IMG/VR virus record: IMGVR_UViG_3300030332_001481
Span: 195,486 to 259,485 of that record
DNA: 64,000 bases
Direction: 5' to 3' (one strand)
Source of the DNA: a virus
Lineage: Duplodnaviria; Heunggongvirae; Uroviricota; Caudoviricetes
Position numbers and translations under genes: made by a program. The notes below the pieces were generated by a model, which made no database searches, was not told the origin of the DNA, and saw nothing but the letters and a program-made list of their open reading frames with translations. Positions 19,491-28,835 of this stretch are shown here, in pieces. Position 1 is the first letter of the stretch. The number at the start of each line of letters is the position of its first letter.

Positions 19491-19799
19491 ATGCTGCTGA
19501 GTAAGCTCAGGGTGAGAAAGCTGGAGCAGGTGGGCGAATCTTGGATCAGGGTTCTGGTTGAGAAGCGCAACAGTGTGTTCTGCTTCTGGAAGCCTTCGGT
19601 CCAGGTGTTCCACGTCTACTCGACTCGGGGGCTTGATTGCTTCTGGTCGGACACCACCTTCTACGAAGACGGTACCAGGTATGAGGACATCTTCCAGTTG
19701 TGGGAGGCCGTGAACAGGTACGTGGAAGTGAGGACGGCGGAGCTAAGGGCCAAAGAGTTCTCGGAGCTGATGGAGCGAAAGGCGCGGGAGGAAAGATGA
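19491..19799 (+). CDS. hypothetical protein
   Basis: 102-aa coupled ORF. Confidence 0.6.
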   Translation: MLLSKLRVRKLEQVGESWIRVLVEKRNSVFCFWKPSVQVFHVYSTRGLDCFWSDTTFYEDGTRYEDIFQLWEAVNRYVEVRTAELRAKEFSELMERKAREER

Positions 19800-19951
19800 G
19801 TGATTGAAAGCCCGGGCCTGGTTGGGTCCGGGCTTTCTTCTCTTGAGTGCTTAAGGGCCCAACCCTGGTCACACTAGGTTGTGGGGCTGGCGGGGTGCTG
19901 GTTCCTTGTGGTGGCTACGAGCTGCTGGTGAGCGAGAGGAGAGTACGAGAC

Positions 19952-20221
19952 GTGAACAAGTCCATTCAGGGTGAGATCGAGATTTCCTCCGACAACGAGG
20001 ACTGGGTTGTTTCCTACAGCTACCGGGCGGGTAGCCGGGGGAGCCGCTGGGAGCCCCCGGAGGGCTCGGAGATTGAGATCATGAGTATGGTCTCCAGCGA
20101 GGGCGAGCTGGTCGAGGGCGACGCGGATTGCCTGGACAGGCTCCTCGCGGACGGCCTGCGCCGGGTCAAGGTCTGGGAGGCCATCGACCGCGAGGAAGAG
20201 CGGAACGCCGAAGAAGACTGA
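19952..20221 (+). CDS. hypothetical protein
   Basis: GTG after AGGAG, follows the promoter at 19861. Confidence 0.6.
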   Translation: MNKSIQGEIEISSDNEDWVVSYSYRAGSRGSRWEPPEGSEIEIMSMVSSEGELVEGDADCLDRLLADGLRRVKVWEAIDREEERNAEED

Positions 20222-20496
20222 ACAAAAGAGCCCGGCCTTGATGGCTTGGGCTCTTTTGTCGTTTAACGAGCGGTAAGGGGCTGATAAACAACCAAACCGA
20301 CCATTAGAAGTACGTAGAAGAGAAGAGCCCTGAGGGGTCCCCCAGGGGTGGTTTGTTCTAATGGTCGGTTTGGTTGTTTCTTGTGGTTCCTTGTGGTTCC
20401 TTGTGGTGGCTACGTGGTTACGAGATTAAGGGCCTAACCCTGGGGATACTAGATTGTGTTGGCTGGCAAGGGGCTGGCCGGAAAGGTTGGTTGGTA

Positions 20497-20715
20497 ATGC
20501 AACACAGAAGCGTGACGAAACATCATGTGCCGGTGAAGTGCGGGCCCGATGTGTACTACATCCACTTTGGGCCGCGGAACGAGCGCCCGGGTGCCTGCAT
20601 CGTCATGAGGGATCCCAAGACCATCCAGGAGGCTCTGGATAAGGATTTCGATGTTGTGTTGGTTGACCGTCGGTGCGGCTTTTGCGGCGGCCCGACGCCA
20701 TGCCTGAAGGACTGA
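20497..20715 (+). CDS. small Cys-containing hypothetical protein
   Basis: follows the promoter at 20436 and an AAAGG leader. Confidence 0.55.
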   Translation: MQHRSVTKHHVPVKCGPDVYYIHFGPRNERPGACIVMRDPKTIQEALDKDFDVVLVDRRCGFCGGPTPCLKD

Positions 20716-20866
20716 GCAAAAAGGGAGGGGTCAAACCCTCCCTTTTGGCGTTTAAGGGCCTGTGGTTCGTGGTGGCTACGAACTAGGGGGCTCTTAACGG
20801 CCTAGCCAACCCTGGGGATACTAGACAGGGAGCCGGCGGGGTGTCGGCAGAAAGGTTGGTTGGTAC

Positions 20867-21088
20867 ATGGAGCAGTTCTTGGTGGGTTTGATCGCGGTTG
20901 CGGCCTGGGATGTCCTGGACTCCGATAAGGAGCACCCGGACCCCGGGGTCAACGCGGACCGGATGGCGATTCGTCTCATGCCGGGGGTGCGGGCCGATTG
21001 GGTCGAGAAAGCCCTCTACGTGGACGCTTACTCCCAGGGGAAGTGCGTCAGTGAGATGCCGACCTCGCTTCACGAGATCATCTTCTAG
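20867..21088 (+). CDS. small hypothetical protein
   Basis: follows the promoter at 20808 with the same AAAGGTTGGTTGGTA leader. Confidence 0.6.
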   Translation: MEQFLVGLIAVAAWDVLDSDKEHPDPGVNADRMAIRLMPGVRADWVEKALYVDAYSQGKCVSEMPTSLHEIIF

Positions 21089-21365
21089 CGGCTACGAGCT
21101 AGGGGGTAGCGGCTACGAACTGAGGCACGAAAGGGAGGGGTCAAACCCTCCCTTTCGGCGTTTAAGGGCCTGTGGTTCATGGTGGCTACGAGAACCCTGG
21201 TAGTGGCTACGAGCTGGTTCGTGGTGGCTACGAACTCGGCGGGTTTGCTGGGCTTTCTAGGGGCTGTGTGGGCCCTTAAGAGCCCCCAACCAACCCTGGG
21301 GATACTAGGTTGTGAGGCCAGTGGGGTCCGTGTTGGGCTGGGCTGGTTAGGAAAGGTGGTAAGTG

Positions 21366-21560
21366 ATGCGCATCAATGTCGGGGACCGGGTGATCGTGTG
21401 TGGGCAGGAACCGGGCATGCCGGACTATGAGGAGGGTACGGTCACGGAGCGGGACATCGGGATCGTGGTGGTCCTCTGGGACCGAACGGGCGAACAGAAA
21501 GAGATCCTGGAGGATATCCGGCTCACCCCGGACCTGTGGATCCAGAGGAATCAGGACTAG
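21366..21560 (+). CDS. small SH3/KOW-like hypothetical protein
   Basis: INVGDRVIV...GTVT...VVVLWD pattern; follows the promoter at 21292. Confidence 0.55.
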   Translation: MRINVGDRVIVCGQEPGMPDYEEGTVTERDIGIVVVLWDRTGEQKEILEDIRLTPDLWIQRNQD

Positions 21561-21968
21561 TTCAGCGGGCCGGGGGTTCCAAAGGGCCCGAGCGGCCCCG
21601 TAGTCTTTTAACTGGCCGGTGAGCTTGTGAGCTTGTGAGCTTGTGAGCTTGTGAGCTTACGGGCTCACCGGCCGTTAAGGTCTCACACCGGGCCCTTAAC
21701 GACTAGCTCCAACCCTGGGGATACTAGGTTGTATGAAGCGACGAGCAGCAAACCGACCGTGCAAGGGAGCTGCGTTACTTGGCGCAAGGGCTGGCCACGC
21801 TGGCCGCTCTCGGCGCCGCAGCCTTCTACATGTTCGGGCTCTGAAACGAGCCTCAAGCGAGTTCGGGCTCTGAAACGAGCCCGTGAGTAAGTGGGGCCAA
21901 CCCTGGCCACACTAGTTAGAGAAGCCGGCAAGGTGTCGGCAATCATCATTCATCAGGAGAGAATCATC

Positions 21969-22364
21969 ATGGCCAAGAAGACGCCTTACAACCCCCAGCT
22001 CGACGCCTGCCTCCTCTCGACCGTGGTCGTGATCGACGACGCCACGGGCTCGCCGGTCGCCGTGCCGGACGGGCAGGGCAGCCCCAAGGGCTCGACCGCC
22101 TACCGGTTCGGGATCCACAGGTACGATGGGGGAGCCGCGAAGCTCCGAATCGCCAGCGGCTACTTGCGAAAGGAGGCGAAGACGTTCAAGGCGTCGAAGG
22201 GCCGGCCCGAGCGGGTCATGGAGGCCGGTTCGTTCCAGAGCAACGGCCGGAGCCTGAGCCTCCCGCTGCCGCACGTGGTCAGCGTGACGCTGGGCATCAA
22301 GGCCATCATGGCCCGTCTCAACAAGGCCCTCGCCGCCCGCAAGGCCAAGGCGAAGGCCAAGTGA
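21969..22364 (+). CDS. basic hypothetical protein, possibly a PC4-like nucleic-acid binder
   Basis: AGGAG RBS; RYDGGAAKLRI motif; Lys/Ala-rich tail. Confidence 0.55.
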   Translation: MAKKTPYNPQLDACLLSTVVVIDDATGSPVAVPDGQGSPKGSTAYRFGIHRYDGGAAKLRIASGYLRKEAKTFKASKGRPERVMEAGSFQSNGRSLSLPLPHVVSVTLGIKAIMARLNKALAARKAKAKAK

Positions 22365-22488
22365 TCCCCCGCCCCGGGCCTTTCGGCCCGGGGCCTTTCC
22401 CACGTGTGAGCCCTTAAGGGGCCAGCCCAACCCTGGGCATACTAGATAGAGCGGGGCGCAGTGCTCCGCAGAAAGAGAATCAATCATC

Positions 22489-22974
22489 ATGATGAACAAA
22501 GAGATCCAGTCCGCCGTTCTCCTGCTCACCTCCCACGGGTGGGGCGTCCAGCCCCCGGCCGTCGTCCAGGTGGCGCAGCCCGCGGCGCCGGCCCCCGAGC
22601 CGGCCAAGGCGCAGCCCGAGCCGGCCGCGGAGCCGGAGACGCCCCGGATGATCACGTGCTCCAACTGCGGGGAAAGCCACCCCGCAGGTTCGCCGGAGGC
22701 GCACAACGCCAGGACGTGCGAGAAGGGCAAGACGACCACGGCGCAGCCGTCCGGCGCCAAGCCGCCGCCCCCGCCCGTCAAGCCGTCCGGCTCCGCCCCC
22801 TCGCTCGACAGCGTGATGGCGGATTTCGACCTGGGTGGCCTGGACCTGGGGGATCTGCCGGTGCCCACGGCCCCCGCAAAGGTGCCCAACGCTCCCGAGT
22901 CGGTGGCCGCCGCGCCCCGGAAGGCGGACCCGTTCGCGGACCTCGAACCGATCGCCGGCCTCGACATGCTCTGA
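22489..22974 (+). CDS. Pro/Ala-rich protein with a CxxCxxxH...HxxxxC zinc knuckle
   Basis: CSNCGESH...HNARTC; follows the promoter at 22429. Confidence 0.7.
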   Translation: MMNKEIQSAVLLLTSHGWGVQPPAVVQVAQPAAPAPEPAKAQPEPAAEPETPRMITCSNCGESHPAGSPEAHNARTCEKGKTTTAQPSGAKPPPPPVKPSGSAPSLDSVMADFDLGGLDLGDLPVPTAPAKVPNAPESVAAAPRKADPFADLEPIAGLDML

Positions 22975-23310
22975 ACCAGAGCAACCAACCGAACAGCCCC
23001 CGACCCTAACCGGTCGGGGGCTTCTCGCGTTTAAGCGCCCGAGCACCCGGTGGCCAGCGGGCCCTTAACAGCCCCTTCCCCAACCCTGGGCATACTAGAG
23101 AGTAAGTTAGGGGGCGGCGCGGAGCCGCTCCGGAAAGGCATACGACCATGGCCAAGCGGAGATCGACCGCATCGAATGCGGGTCGGTGGACGTGCTAGCG
23201 CTGGAGCGCGTTCAACGCCTCGCGAAGCCATCGAAGTCAACCTCGACGCCGGGCGGGAGCCTGGTGAAGTCGTGATCCGAAAGCTCATCGCCAACATCAG
23301 GGAGCTGTGA

Positions 23311-23568
23311 ATGCTTGAGTTCATTCTTCTCCAGGTCATCCTCGCGGGCTACCGCGAGGGATACGACGAGCCCAACAAGCGGGCAAAGCGAAGCCAGTGC
23401 GACCACGATCCCCGGTGCGAGTGCATGCACTATGAGATCGAGGAGCACGGTGAGTTTTACTCGCTCGGCCCCGAACCGGAGCTGAGCGACTGCGTCACGC
23501 CGATTCAGTGGCAGGTCGACGAGCTGCGCCACCTTGCACAGTGGACGCGCTTCTACGGCGACGAGTGA
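23311..23568 (+). CDS. hypothetical protein
   Basis: GGAG RBS; ends before a terminator hairpin. Confidence 0.55.
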   Translation: MLEFILLQVILAGYREGYDEPNKRAKRSQCDHDPRCECMHYEIEEHGEFYSLGPEPELSDCVTPIQWQVDELRHLAQWTRFYGDE

Positions 23569-23725
23569 AAACAAGCGAACAACCCCCGAGCCCAACGGCC
23601 GGGGGTTTGTTGCGTTTAACAGGCCCGAGCGCCCGGTAAGCTGGTCTCTCTTAAGGGCCCAACCCTGGGGATACTAATCTACACAAGCGGAGCACGTCGC
23701 TCCGCCAATCACCCCGGAGTCAATC

Positions 23726-24013
23726 ATGCGCATCATCGCCGCCACCCTGTACGCCTTCGCCCTCGTCCTCTGCGTCTTCGTCTTCTCGGGCTGCGGCTCG
23801 ACGCTGAGCCACGCGGCCGCGCCGCAGACGGCCGGCTACAGCTCCGCCCACGCCGAGGAGTACGACCCCACCCGCTGGCAGACCCCGAGCGAGAGCGAGG
23901 CCGCCAACGCGCTGCGGGAGGCGTGTTCGCAGAGCGCCCACGTCACCAGGCGCCGGGCCGGCTTCAACTACACGACCAGGGACGGGCAGACCATGCACGT
24001 GGTCTGCTACTGA
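23726..24013 (+). CDS. putative lipoprotein
   Basis: signal peptide MRIIAATLYAFALVLCVFVFSG-C with a lipobox; has its own promoter (23661) and terminator. Confidence 0.7.
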   Translation: MRIIAATLYAFALVLCVFVFSGCGSTLSHAAAPQTAGYSSAHAEEYDPTRWQTPSESEAANALREACSQSAHVTRRRAGFNYTTRDGQTMHVVCY

Positions 24014-24527
24014 GCAAACAAAGAAACCACCGAACGACCCTTCCCCGGGTTAGTTCGGTGGTTCTTTCGTTTAAGTTGGCGCCGCGCCCGGTAAAGTTTG
24101 GGAAAAAGTATTGGAAAAACAAGCGAAAAACCAATTAAGGTATTTGTTTGTACCGTGGGAGCGGAATCGCTGGCGCGGGCCCGGTAACCTCGAAGCCGCT
24201 CGGTCGTGGTCGCTTCGCTCACCTCACCTCCACTCGCTTCGCTCCCACTCCCTTCGCTCCCACGCTTCACACACGCTTGTGTTGGTGTGTTGGTGTGCTG
24301 TTGAGTTCTGATTACCGGAATACCCATCTCCCAGTTTGCCCCTGAAAAGAGGGGTAGGGGTAATTTTCAGGTACCTATACCTGGCCGCACCCAGAAAAAG
24401 AAAAAGCGCCCAAGGCTTTGAGCCCCGAGCGCTTCCTCCCCTACTTGCTGCTGGGTGTAGGGGACCCATCCATTGCTAATGGCCAAGCCATTCGTAGCAC
24501 CTACCCCGCGAACGGTCAACCGCTTTT

Positions 24528-25361
24528 CTAATCAACCGTTCGCTCGCAGATCAGTAGACCTGTGGCTGCTGTCCTTCTGCAGTTGAGGCCACACTCCGCA
24601 CAGCCCCGAGGACCCGCCCGTGCTCTTGAGGCAGCCAGACAAGCCTGCTCCGTGTCGAACGTACCCACCTGAATGTCATTCAACAGGTTGGAGCAGGACG
24701 GGTAGGCGACCCCGTGCCACACGTCTCCCCCGCTACCCCTCCGAGTAGCACTACTTCTCTCGGTACGGCCACTAGTTGTACTACCGGCAGTTCCAGTTGC
24801 AGAGGGCTCAGTCCACTCCCCTCCTTGGTAGATGCACTGAGACAGATAGACAATCATCAGCTGTCTGTCGTAGATGTTCCACGTGCTCCGCAGAGTGCGG
24901 CCTCTCCCTAGATCCGTCTCGACGGTACACGTACCTACCTCAGGGAGGCTCACGGCAGAAGTGCAGGCGGAGTACCAGACTGGCTCAACCACGACTCCCC
25001 TACCCACTCCCTGGTTCAGGTTGTACAGCTCACGCCTGAGATAGGTTGCTCGCTCTCCCACGAACATATCACGGGCAGTGACGGAGTAACGCCCCGGCTT
25101 CTCCATTGCGACGTGCACACAAGCCATGGTGAGGTTCCCCCGGTGCAGTCGGTAGTTACCCACTACCGTGTCACGCGGGGGCTCCTCGACCTCAGACCCT
25201 TCCCTCCCCTCACTCCCACCAGAAGCACGTGCCGGTGTTGAGGGTTCCAGCAGCATCTGGGCGCCGTAGAAGCACAACACAAACGCCGCCAGGTATACGA
25301 TCAGCTGGAGCGCCTTCCGAAAAAGGCGCAACCCCATTCTTAGAATCTCCCCCATCTCCAT
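24528..25361 (-). CDS. membrane-anchored Cys-rich exported protein
   Basis: N-terminal TM (LIVYLAAFVLCFYGA), multiple Cys, Ser/Thr/Gly linker. Confidence 0.6.
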   Translation of the reverse strand: MEMGEILRMGLRLFRKALQLIVYLAAFVLCFYGAQMLLEPSTPARASGGSEGREGSEVEEPPRDTVVGNYRLHRGNLTMACVHVAMEKPGRYSVTARDMFVGERATYLRRELYNLNQGVGRGVVVEPVWYSACTSAVSLPEVGTCTVETDLGRGRTLRSTWNIYDRQLMIVYLSQCIYQGGEWTEPSATGTAGSTTSGRTERSSATRRGSGGDVWHGVAYPSCSNLLNDIQVGTFDTEQACLAASRARAGPRGCAECGLNCRRTAATGLLICERTVD

Positions 25362-25642
25362 CCTCTGTTCTGTCGCTGTTCGTTGAGGGATTTGGTGGGC
25401 TGGGCTCACTACCTGACGCGAGGATCCTCACGTTAGACAGTTTACTGAGCCAACCACAGAAGTAAAGCCGGCCACTCCTGTGCAGCCCACCAAGTCCCTC
25501 AACGAGGTTGTCTACCTATTTACATTTGCTGGTGGTTTTGGTGGGGGCAAATAGGTTGCCTACACCTATAAGCGTGGACCCACCCCCACCAAAACCACCA
25601 AGCCCACGTCCCTTGTAGGGCGACCTGTCTTGCTTATCCGGC

Positions 25643-25942
25643 CTATAGCTCGGCCAGCGCACGGAGGATTTCACCCCTCATTCTCATGTAGGGGAGGTTC
25701 TGGCCCTTCTTCCAGCGTCTCACCGACGCCCGGCTGACCTTCAAGTAGTCCGCCACCGTTCCGTCGGGTAGGTCGAGGTACTCGACAAAGCTACTGAAAA
25801 CGCGGGCAAATCTCTCGTCTTCCTGCTTGGCAGGCTTCATGGGGTCCTCGTTCCTCAGCTTCTCCGCGTGGCGCCTGTACCCCGCCCAAAAGAACCGCTT
25901 GCGGTGGGAGGGGTGCCACTTCTCACTCATCTTGTCGTGCAT
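25643..25942 (-). CDS. XRE/Cro-like helix-turn-helix protein
   Basis: GTVADYLKVSRASVRRWKKGQNLP. Confidence 0.75.
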   Translation of the reverse strand: MHDKMSEKWHPSHRKRFFWAGYRRHAEKLRNEDPMKPAKQEDERFARVFSSFVEYLDLPDGTVADYLKVSRASVRRWKKGQNLPYMRMRGEILRALAEL

Positions 25943-26527
25943 GGTCGCTACTTCCTGCTGGCTTGTTCAGTAGGAACAGTACACGCGGATGAGATTGACG
26001 CCGGGCGGGAGCTTCTCCAGGTCGATCTCGATCCCCTCCTCGTCGTACTCTTCCCTGTACTCACTAACCGCGCCTTTGACGCTCACCGCGACGCCTTTTT
26101 CAGGGTTGGGGCCGTACCATTGAAGTAGTTGTGCACCTCGACGGGAATGGAAGTACCTGCCGCGACGCAGGCGTCCCACACCTTCTTCATGCTCCCCCAC
26201 TTCTCATCCGGCGTCCGGAAGCCTTCCACCATTAAGTCCATACCCATTGTTCTCTTCTCCTCTTTGCGTTTCTTCGCTTCGCTTCTTCGCTTCTCACTTA
26301 CCGGTTTTCCCTTTTCCCAGTTTGGTGTTCTGAGATGGGTAGGGGGTTAATTTCAGGTACCTTGTCCCTTTTCCGGTCTGTTTCTAGTGTGTCCAGGGTT
26401 GCCTCTTCCACGTCGCAGGCGCAGCGCGGCAGCTCGTCGCTCACCGCTGAGGACCGCCAGCTCGACCCCGCCCAAAGAAGAGACAAGCCAGGCACCTGTA
26501 ACCCGCGTTCTTGGTCATCTCACCACC

Positions 26528-26896
26528 TTAGCCCCAGACAAGCGGGATGTAACCAATGGCGTGTAGCTCTATTTCCAGAGAAGACGCATCATCCTCTGTC
26601 ACTGGTGCGTTGTACGCCGTGAGGGTGAGGACGTCCTGTTCGGACTTGAGGGGGACTCGTATGACGTTGAGGTAGAGTTCCATTCCAGCCTGAAGGGAGA
26701 TAACACCACCGTTACCCTCTACCTCGTAGGTAATTACCTCGCGGGGACTCAGGCCGTCGGGGTGTTCAAATTGCACAGCCTCTAGCTTATCAATCGTTCG
26801 TGGGCCCCCGATGGCCCGACAGCTGAACTGGAAGTGGTAGAAGCCAACGGGGAAGCCGGCCAGGCTGAAGCTCGTTTCTCTTGTGGTATTTGCCAT
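26528..26896 (-). CDS. hypothetical protein (beta-rich)
   Basis: 122-aa ORF. Confidence 0.6.
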   Translation of the reverse strand: MANTTRETSFSLAGFPVGFYHFQFSCRAIGGPRTIDKLEAVQFEHPDGLSPREVITYEVEGNGGVISLQAGMELYLNVIRVPLKSEQDVLTLTAYNAPVTEDDASSLEIELHAIGYIPLVWG

Positions 26897-26911
26897 GATT
26901 GGCTTAGGGGC

Positions 26912-27226
26912 CTACCAACTGGTTCGCCCGTTCACCACTTCGCCCGCTTCCAGCTCGAACTCGAACGGCTTGACTTTCGCGTCCCGGTCGAAGCGCTTGG
27001 TAAACCGGTGAACCTCCTTCGGGGTGGGGTGCGCTCGCACCGTCCAGTCGTGGGTCCAGGTGTAGATGGTCTTGGGCCCGACCGCGATTCCCTCCAGGTC
27101 GAGCGTGCGGCTCACCGCCAGCGCGACGGGGCAGCTGTTACACCTGCCCTTCACCCCAGTCGCGATGTCTTCTTTCGTAACCTTTACCAGCATGCTGTCC
27201 TCCTTCTCTCTGCCTTTACTTGTCAT
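26912..27226 (-). CDS. CPVALA-family paralogue 1
   Basis: VKVTxEDI...CPVALA...FD...PFEF. Confidence 0.75.
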   Translation of the reverse strand: MTSKGREKEDSMLVKVTKEDIATGVKGRCNSCPVALAVSRTLDLEGIAVGPKTIYTWTHDWTVRAHPTPKEVHRFTKRFDRDAKVKPFEFELEAGEVVNGRTSW

Positions 27227-28082
27227 AATTGATCTCGCTTCCGTGGGCGTGCACGAGGCAGGCGCCGGATATGAAGAAGCGCGGCGGTGTGCCCTGCCCG
27301 CAACCGTGCGCATTGTCGATGCGCGGGCACGTGCAGCCCGCCGCGATCGCCTCGGGGCTTCCGGGCGCCACCTCGACGAGATCGGCAGTCCAGGCAGACA
27401 CCGCCTCCAGCCTCAGCGCCGCGACGATCGCCTCGGCGTCGTAGGTGTGTCGCACCACCTCCTCGCAGCCCCAGGGTCCGCCCTCCTCGCGGATGAGGTG
27501 GACGAGGGTGGCGAGGAAGGCGTCGGTCAGCCGGCGCTCGCGCTCGCCGCCGATGTCGTCCGGGTCGGTGACGCCATGCTCGTGAAGCATGTCGACAGCC
27601 CGTGACGCCAGGGCAGCCGCCCGCACCTTGGGACTGTCCAGCGACATCCGCCGGTAGCCGACCACCTCGATCTCGGTCTCCTCGGCGCGGAGCCAGGCCG
27701 CGACCTCTGCATCAGTGCGCACCGGGTACCGCGGCAGCACGCCCGCTACAGCCTCCGCGATCGCCTCCTCCACGTCGGTGTGCGTCAGCCACTCGGCTCG
27801 GTCGCAGGCGTCAAACAGGGTCGCGCCCTTCCAGTCGCGTGTCCTGTCCCGCACGTCTCGGAGCGTGTCGTTGACGGCCGCGCACGTCGCCAGCTGGTGG
27901 CCGATCGCCTGCTCCCGCAGTTTGGCCACCAGGCGCTTGCGGCCGGCCGAGAGGAAGCGGGCGTGCTGCGACCCGGCCCACACCCCTATGCTCTCAAGCC
28001 ACCAGCTTGACACCGCCTTGCGGTACTCCTCGCTCATCTTGCCCGTGGCAGATCGTGTTTCAGTCTCAATCGAATCAGTCAC
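27216..28082 (-). CDS. hypothetical protein with a C-terminal Cys/His cluster
   Basis: PGSPEAIAAGCTCP...C..H. Confidence 0.7.
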   Translation of the reverse strand: MTDSIETETRSATGKMSEEYRKAVSSWWLESIGVWAGSQHARFLSAGRKRLVAKLREQAIGHQLATCAAVNDTLRDVRDRTRDWKGATLFDACDRAEWLTHTDVEEAIAEAVAGVLPRYPVRTDAEVAAWLRAEETEIEVVGYRRMSLDSPKVRAAALASRAVDMLHEHGVTDPDDIGGERERRLTDAFLATLVHLIREEGGPWGCEEVVRHTYDAEAIVAALRLEAVSAWTADLVEVAPGSPEAIAAGCTCPRIDNAHGCGQGTPPRFFISGACLVHAHGSEINYDK

Positions 28083-28261
28083 AGTTGATCTCGCTTCCGT
28101 CGTTGAAGTGGCAACAGCAGCCCCACGGGATAGGGCTGTGGCCCTCGTGGTGGTAGACCCAGGCGCCGGTCATGGGCGTCCCGCACCAGCACGTGGTGGG
28201 GTCGGTCTCCTCGTCGCAGCCCCTGCACTTCTTGGTCTTGGGCTCGGCTTCCACCTCGGTC

Positions 28262-28540
28262 TCAAACACCGCTGACCTCCAGCTCGAACTCGAATGGCTC
28301 GCCGGGGTAGCCCCGGTCGAAGTAGATGATGAAGTCCCGTGCCTCGGGCGGCAGCTCGTAAATGTGCTCGACGCTACCCACGTAGTGGGAGATAAAAGCT
28401 GGCGTGACCTGGATGGGTGTTCTGAGGTCGGCACCCAGCGCTCGCCGCACCGCCAGTGCGATCGGGCAGTAGCGGCAGGTCAGGGGCTGTCCCTCCGCGA
28501 TGTCCTCCGCTGTGACCTTTACAGTGATCGTTTTACGCAT
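28262..28540 (-). CDS. CPVALA-family paralogue 2
   Basis: VKVTAEDI...CPIALA...FD.G...PFEF. Confidence 0.75.
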   Translation of the reverse strand: MRKTITVKVTAEDIAEGQPLTCRYCPIALAVRRALGADLRTPIQVTPAFISHYVGSVEHIYELPPEARDFIIYFDRGYPGEPFEFELEVSGV

Positions 28541-28543
28541 CAG

Positions 28544-28828
28544 TTACCAATCAGCGAGAAAGAGCGGGAAAGAAAAAGGCCGGACAGGCAGCCGCCGGTC
28601 GAACCGGTTGATGAAGTCCCTCACCTCGTGCGGTGTGGTCCACGCCCGTCTGTCTTCGCCGTGGTACACGGTGATCCGGCCGGTGCTGACCTGCGTACGC
28701 TCGGCACCCAGCGCCCGGCACACCGCGAGCGCAACCGGGCACTGATCCACGGTGTAGGGTGTGGCCTCCGCGATGTCTGCTTCCGTGACTTGAACCGTGA
28801 CTTTTTCCACGTTGTTCAGGGTCTCCAT
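28544..28828 (-). CDS. CPVALA-family paralogue 3
   Basis: VQVTEADI...CPVALA...FD...PFSF. Confidence 0.75.
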   Translation of the reverse strand: METLNNVEKVTVQVTEADIAEATPYTVDQCPVALAVCRALGAERTQVSTGRITVYHGEDRRAWTTPHEVRDFINRFDRRLPVRPFSFPLFLADW

Positions 28829-28835
28829 CGAGAGT

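Noticed and set aside
21912-22988. Long antisense ORFs (e.g. 358 aa here, 7933-8748, 14911-15753, 28172-29071)
   Set aside because: Shadow frames of GC-rich genes on the opposite strand, running against the promoter orientation
21733-23310. Possible frameshifted small genes after the promoters at 21711 and 23082
   Set aside because: Plausible peptides appear in frames lacking a clean start; a pseudogene cannot be told from an error or non-coding DNA without homologues
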